Shown: in pieces, positions 45,797 through 45,813 of the stretch
How positions within the stretch are numbered: position 1 is the stretch's first letter
How the letters are laid out: each line of letters opens with the position of its first letter
Assembly: GCA_937873555.1 (NCBI GenBank)
Contig: CALMWN010000410.1
Span: 1 to 45,813 of the forward strand
DNA length: 45,813 bases
Reading direction: 5' to 3'
Source of the DNA: an uncultured Clostridia bacterium
Lineage (GTDB): Bacteria > Bacillota > Clostridia > Acetivibrionales > CALMWN01
The notes under the pieces: model-generated
What the model was told of the DNA's origin: nothing
Seen by the model: only the letters and a program-made list of their open reading frames with translations
The model's database searches: none
Program-made: the position numbers and the translations under genes

Positions 45797-45813
45797 TAAT
45801 ACTTTTATAAAAA

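Overview
AT-rich, Clostridia-like (Firmicutes) accessory DNA. It is a mosaic of cargo modules separated by many insertion sequences, most of them dead. (1) 1.3-8.5 kb: a tightly packed plus-strand operon. It encodes a TviB-like nucleotide-sugar dehydrogenase, a TviC-like epimerase, a radical-SAM/SPASM-like enzyme, one glycosyltransferase, a YdjC-type deacetylase and a methyltransferase fused to a deoxynucleoside-kinase-like domain. There are no polymerisation or export genes, so it looks more like a small glycoconjugate or nucleoside-sugar pathway than a capsule locus. (2) 8.6-14.7 kb: a second radical-SAM/SPASM-like gene plus an HPr-kinase-fold P-loop protein. The kinase gene lies in a 1203-bp direct repeat, identical as far as I checked by eye, that stops exactly at an IS5/IS1182-like insertion. 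Two IS3 OrfA remnants bracket the module. (3) 14.7-24.3 kb: an IS graveyard (IS3, IS21, IS630, IS4, ISL3). It holds a complete three-recombinase RIT element inserted in the Walker-A codons of istB, and a short stand-alone MetRS with no T-box leader. (4) 25.0-33.6 kb: a Tn7-like core with a single-polypeptide TnsA-TnsB, a TniB-type TnsC and two TniQ paralogs. One TniQ is cleanly split by an IS66 element with an 8-bp target duplication. No CRISPR/cas genes are present, and three candidate transposase-binding repeats follow the last gene. (5) 34.6-45.8 kb: a tyrosine recombinase followed by a minus-strand mobile-element-like region. It contains a PLD nuclease fused to homing-endonuclease DNA-binding modules, a TumE-like/HTH overlapping pair, a 21-bp iteron array, an orphan NrdG-type radical-SAM activase inside an operon of unknown proteins, and two copies of a conserved promoter-leader-terminator module. 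No rRNA, tRNA or CRISPR array was seen. All family assignments rest on motif recognition by eye, not on searches.
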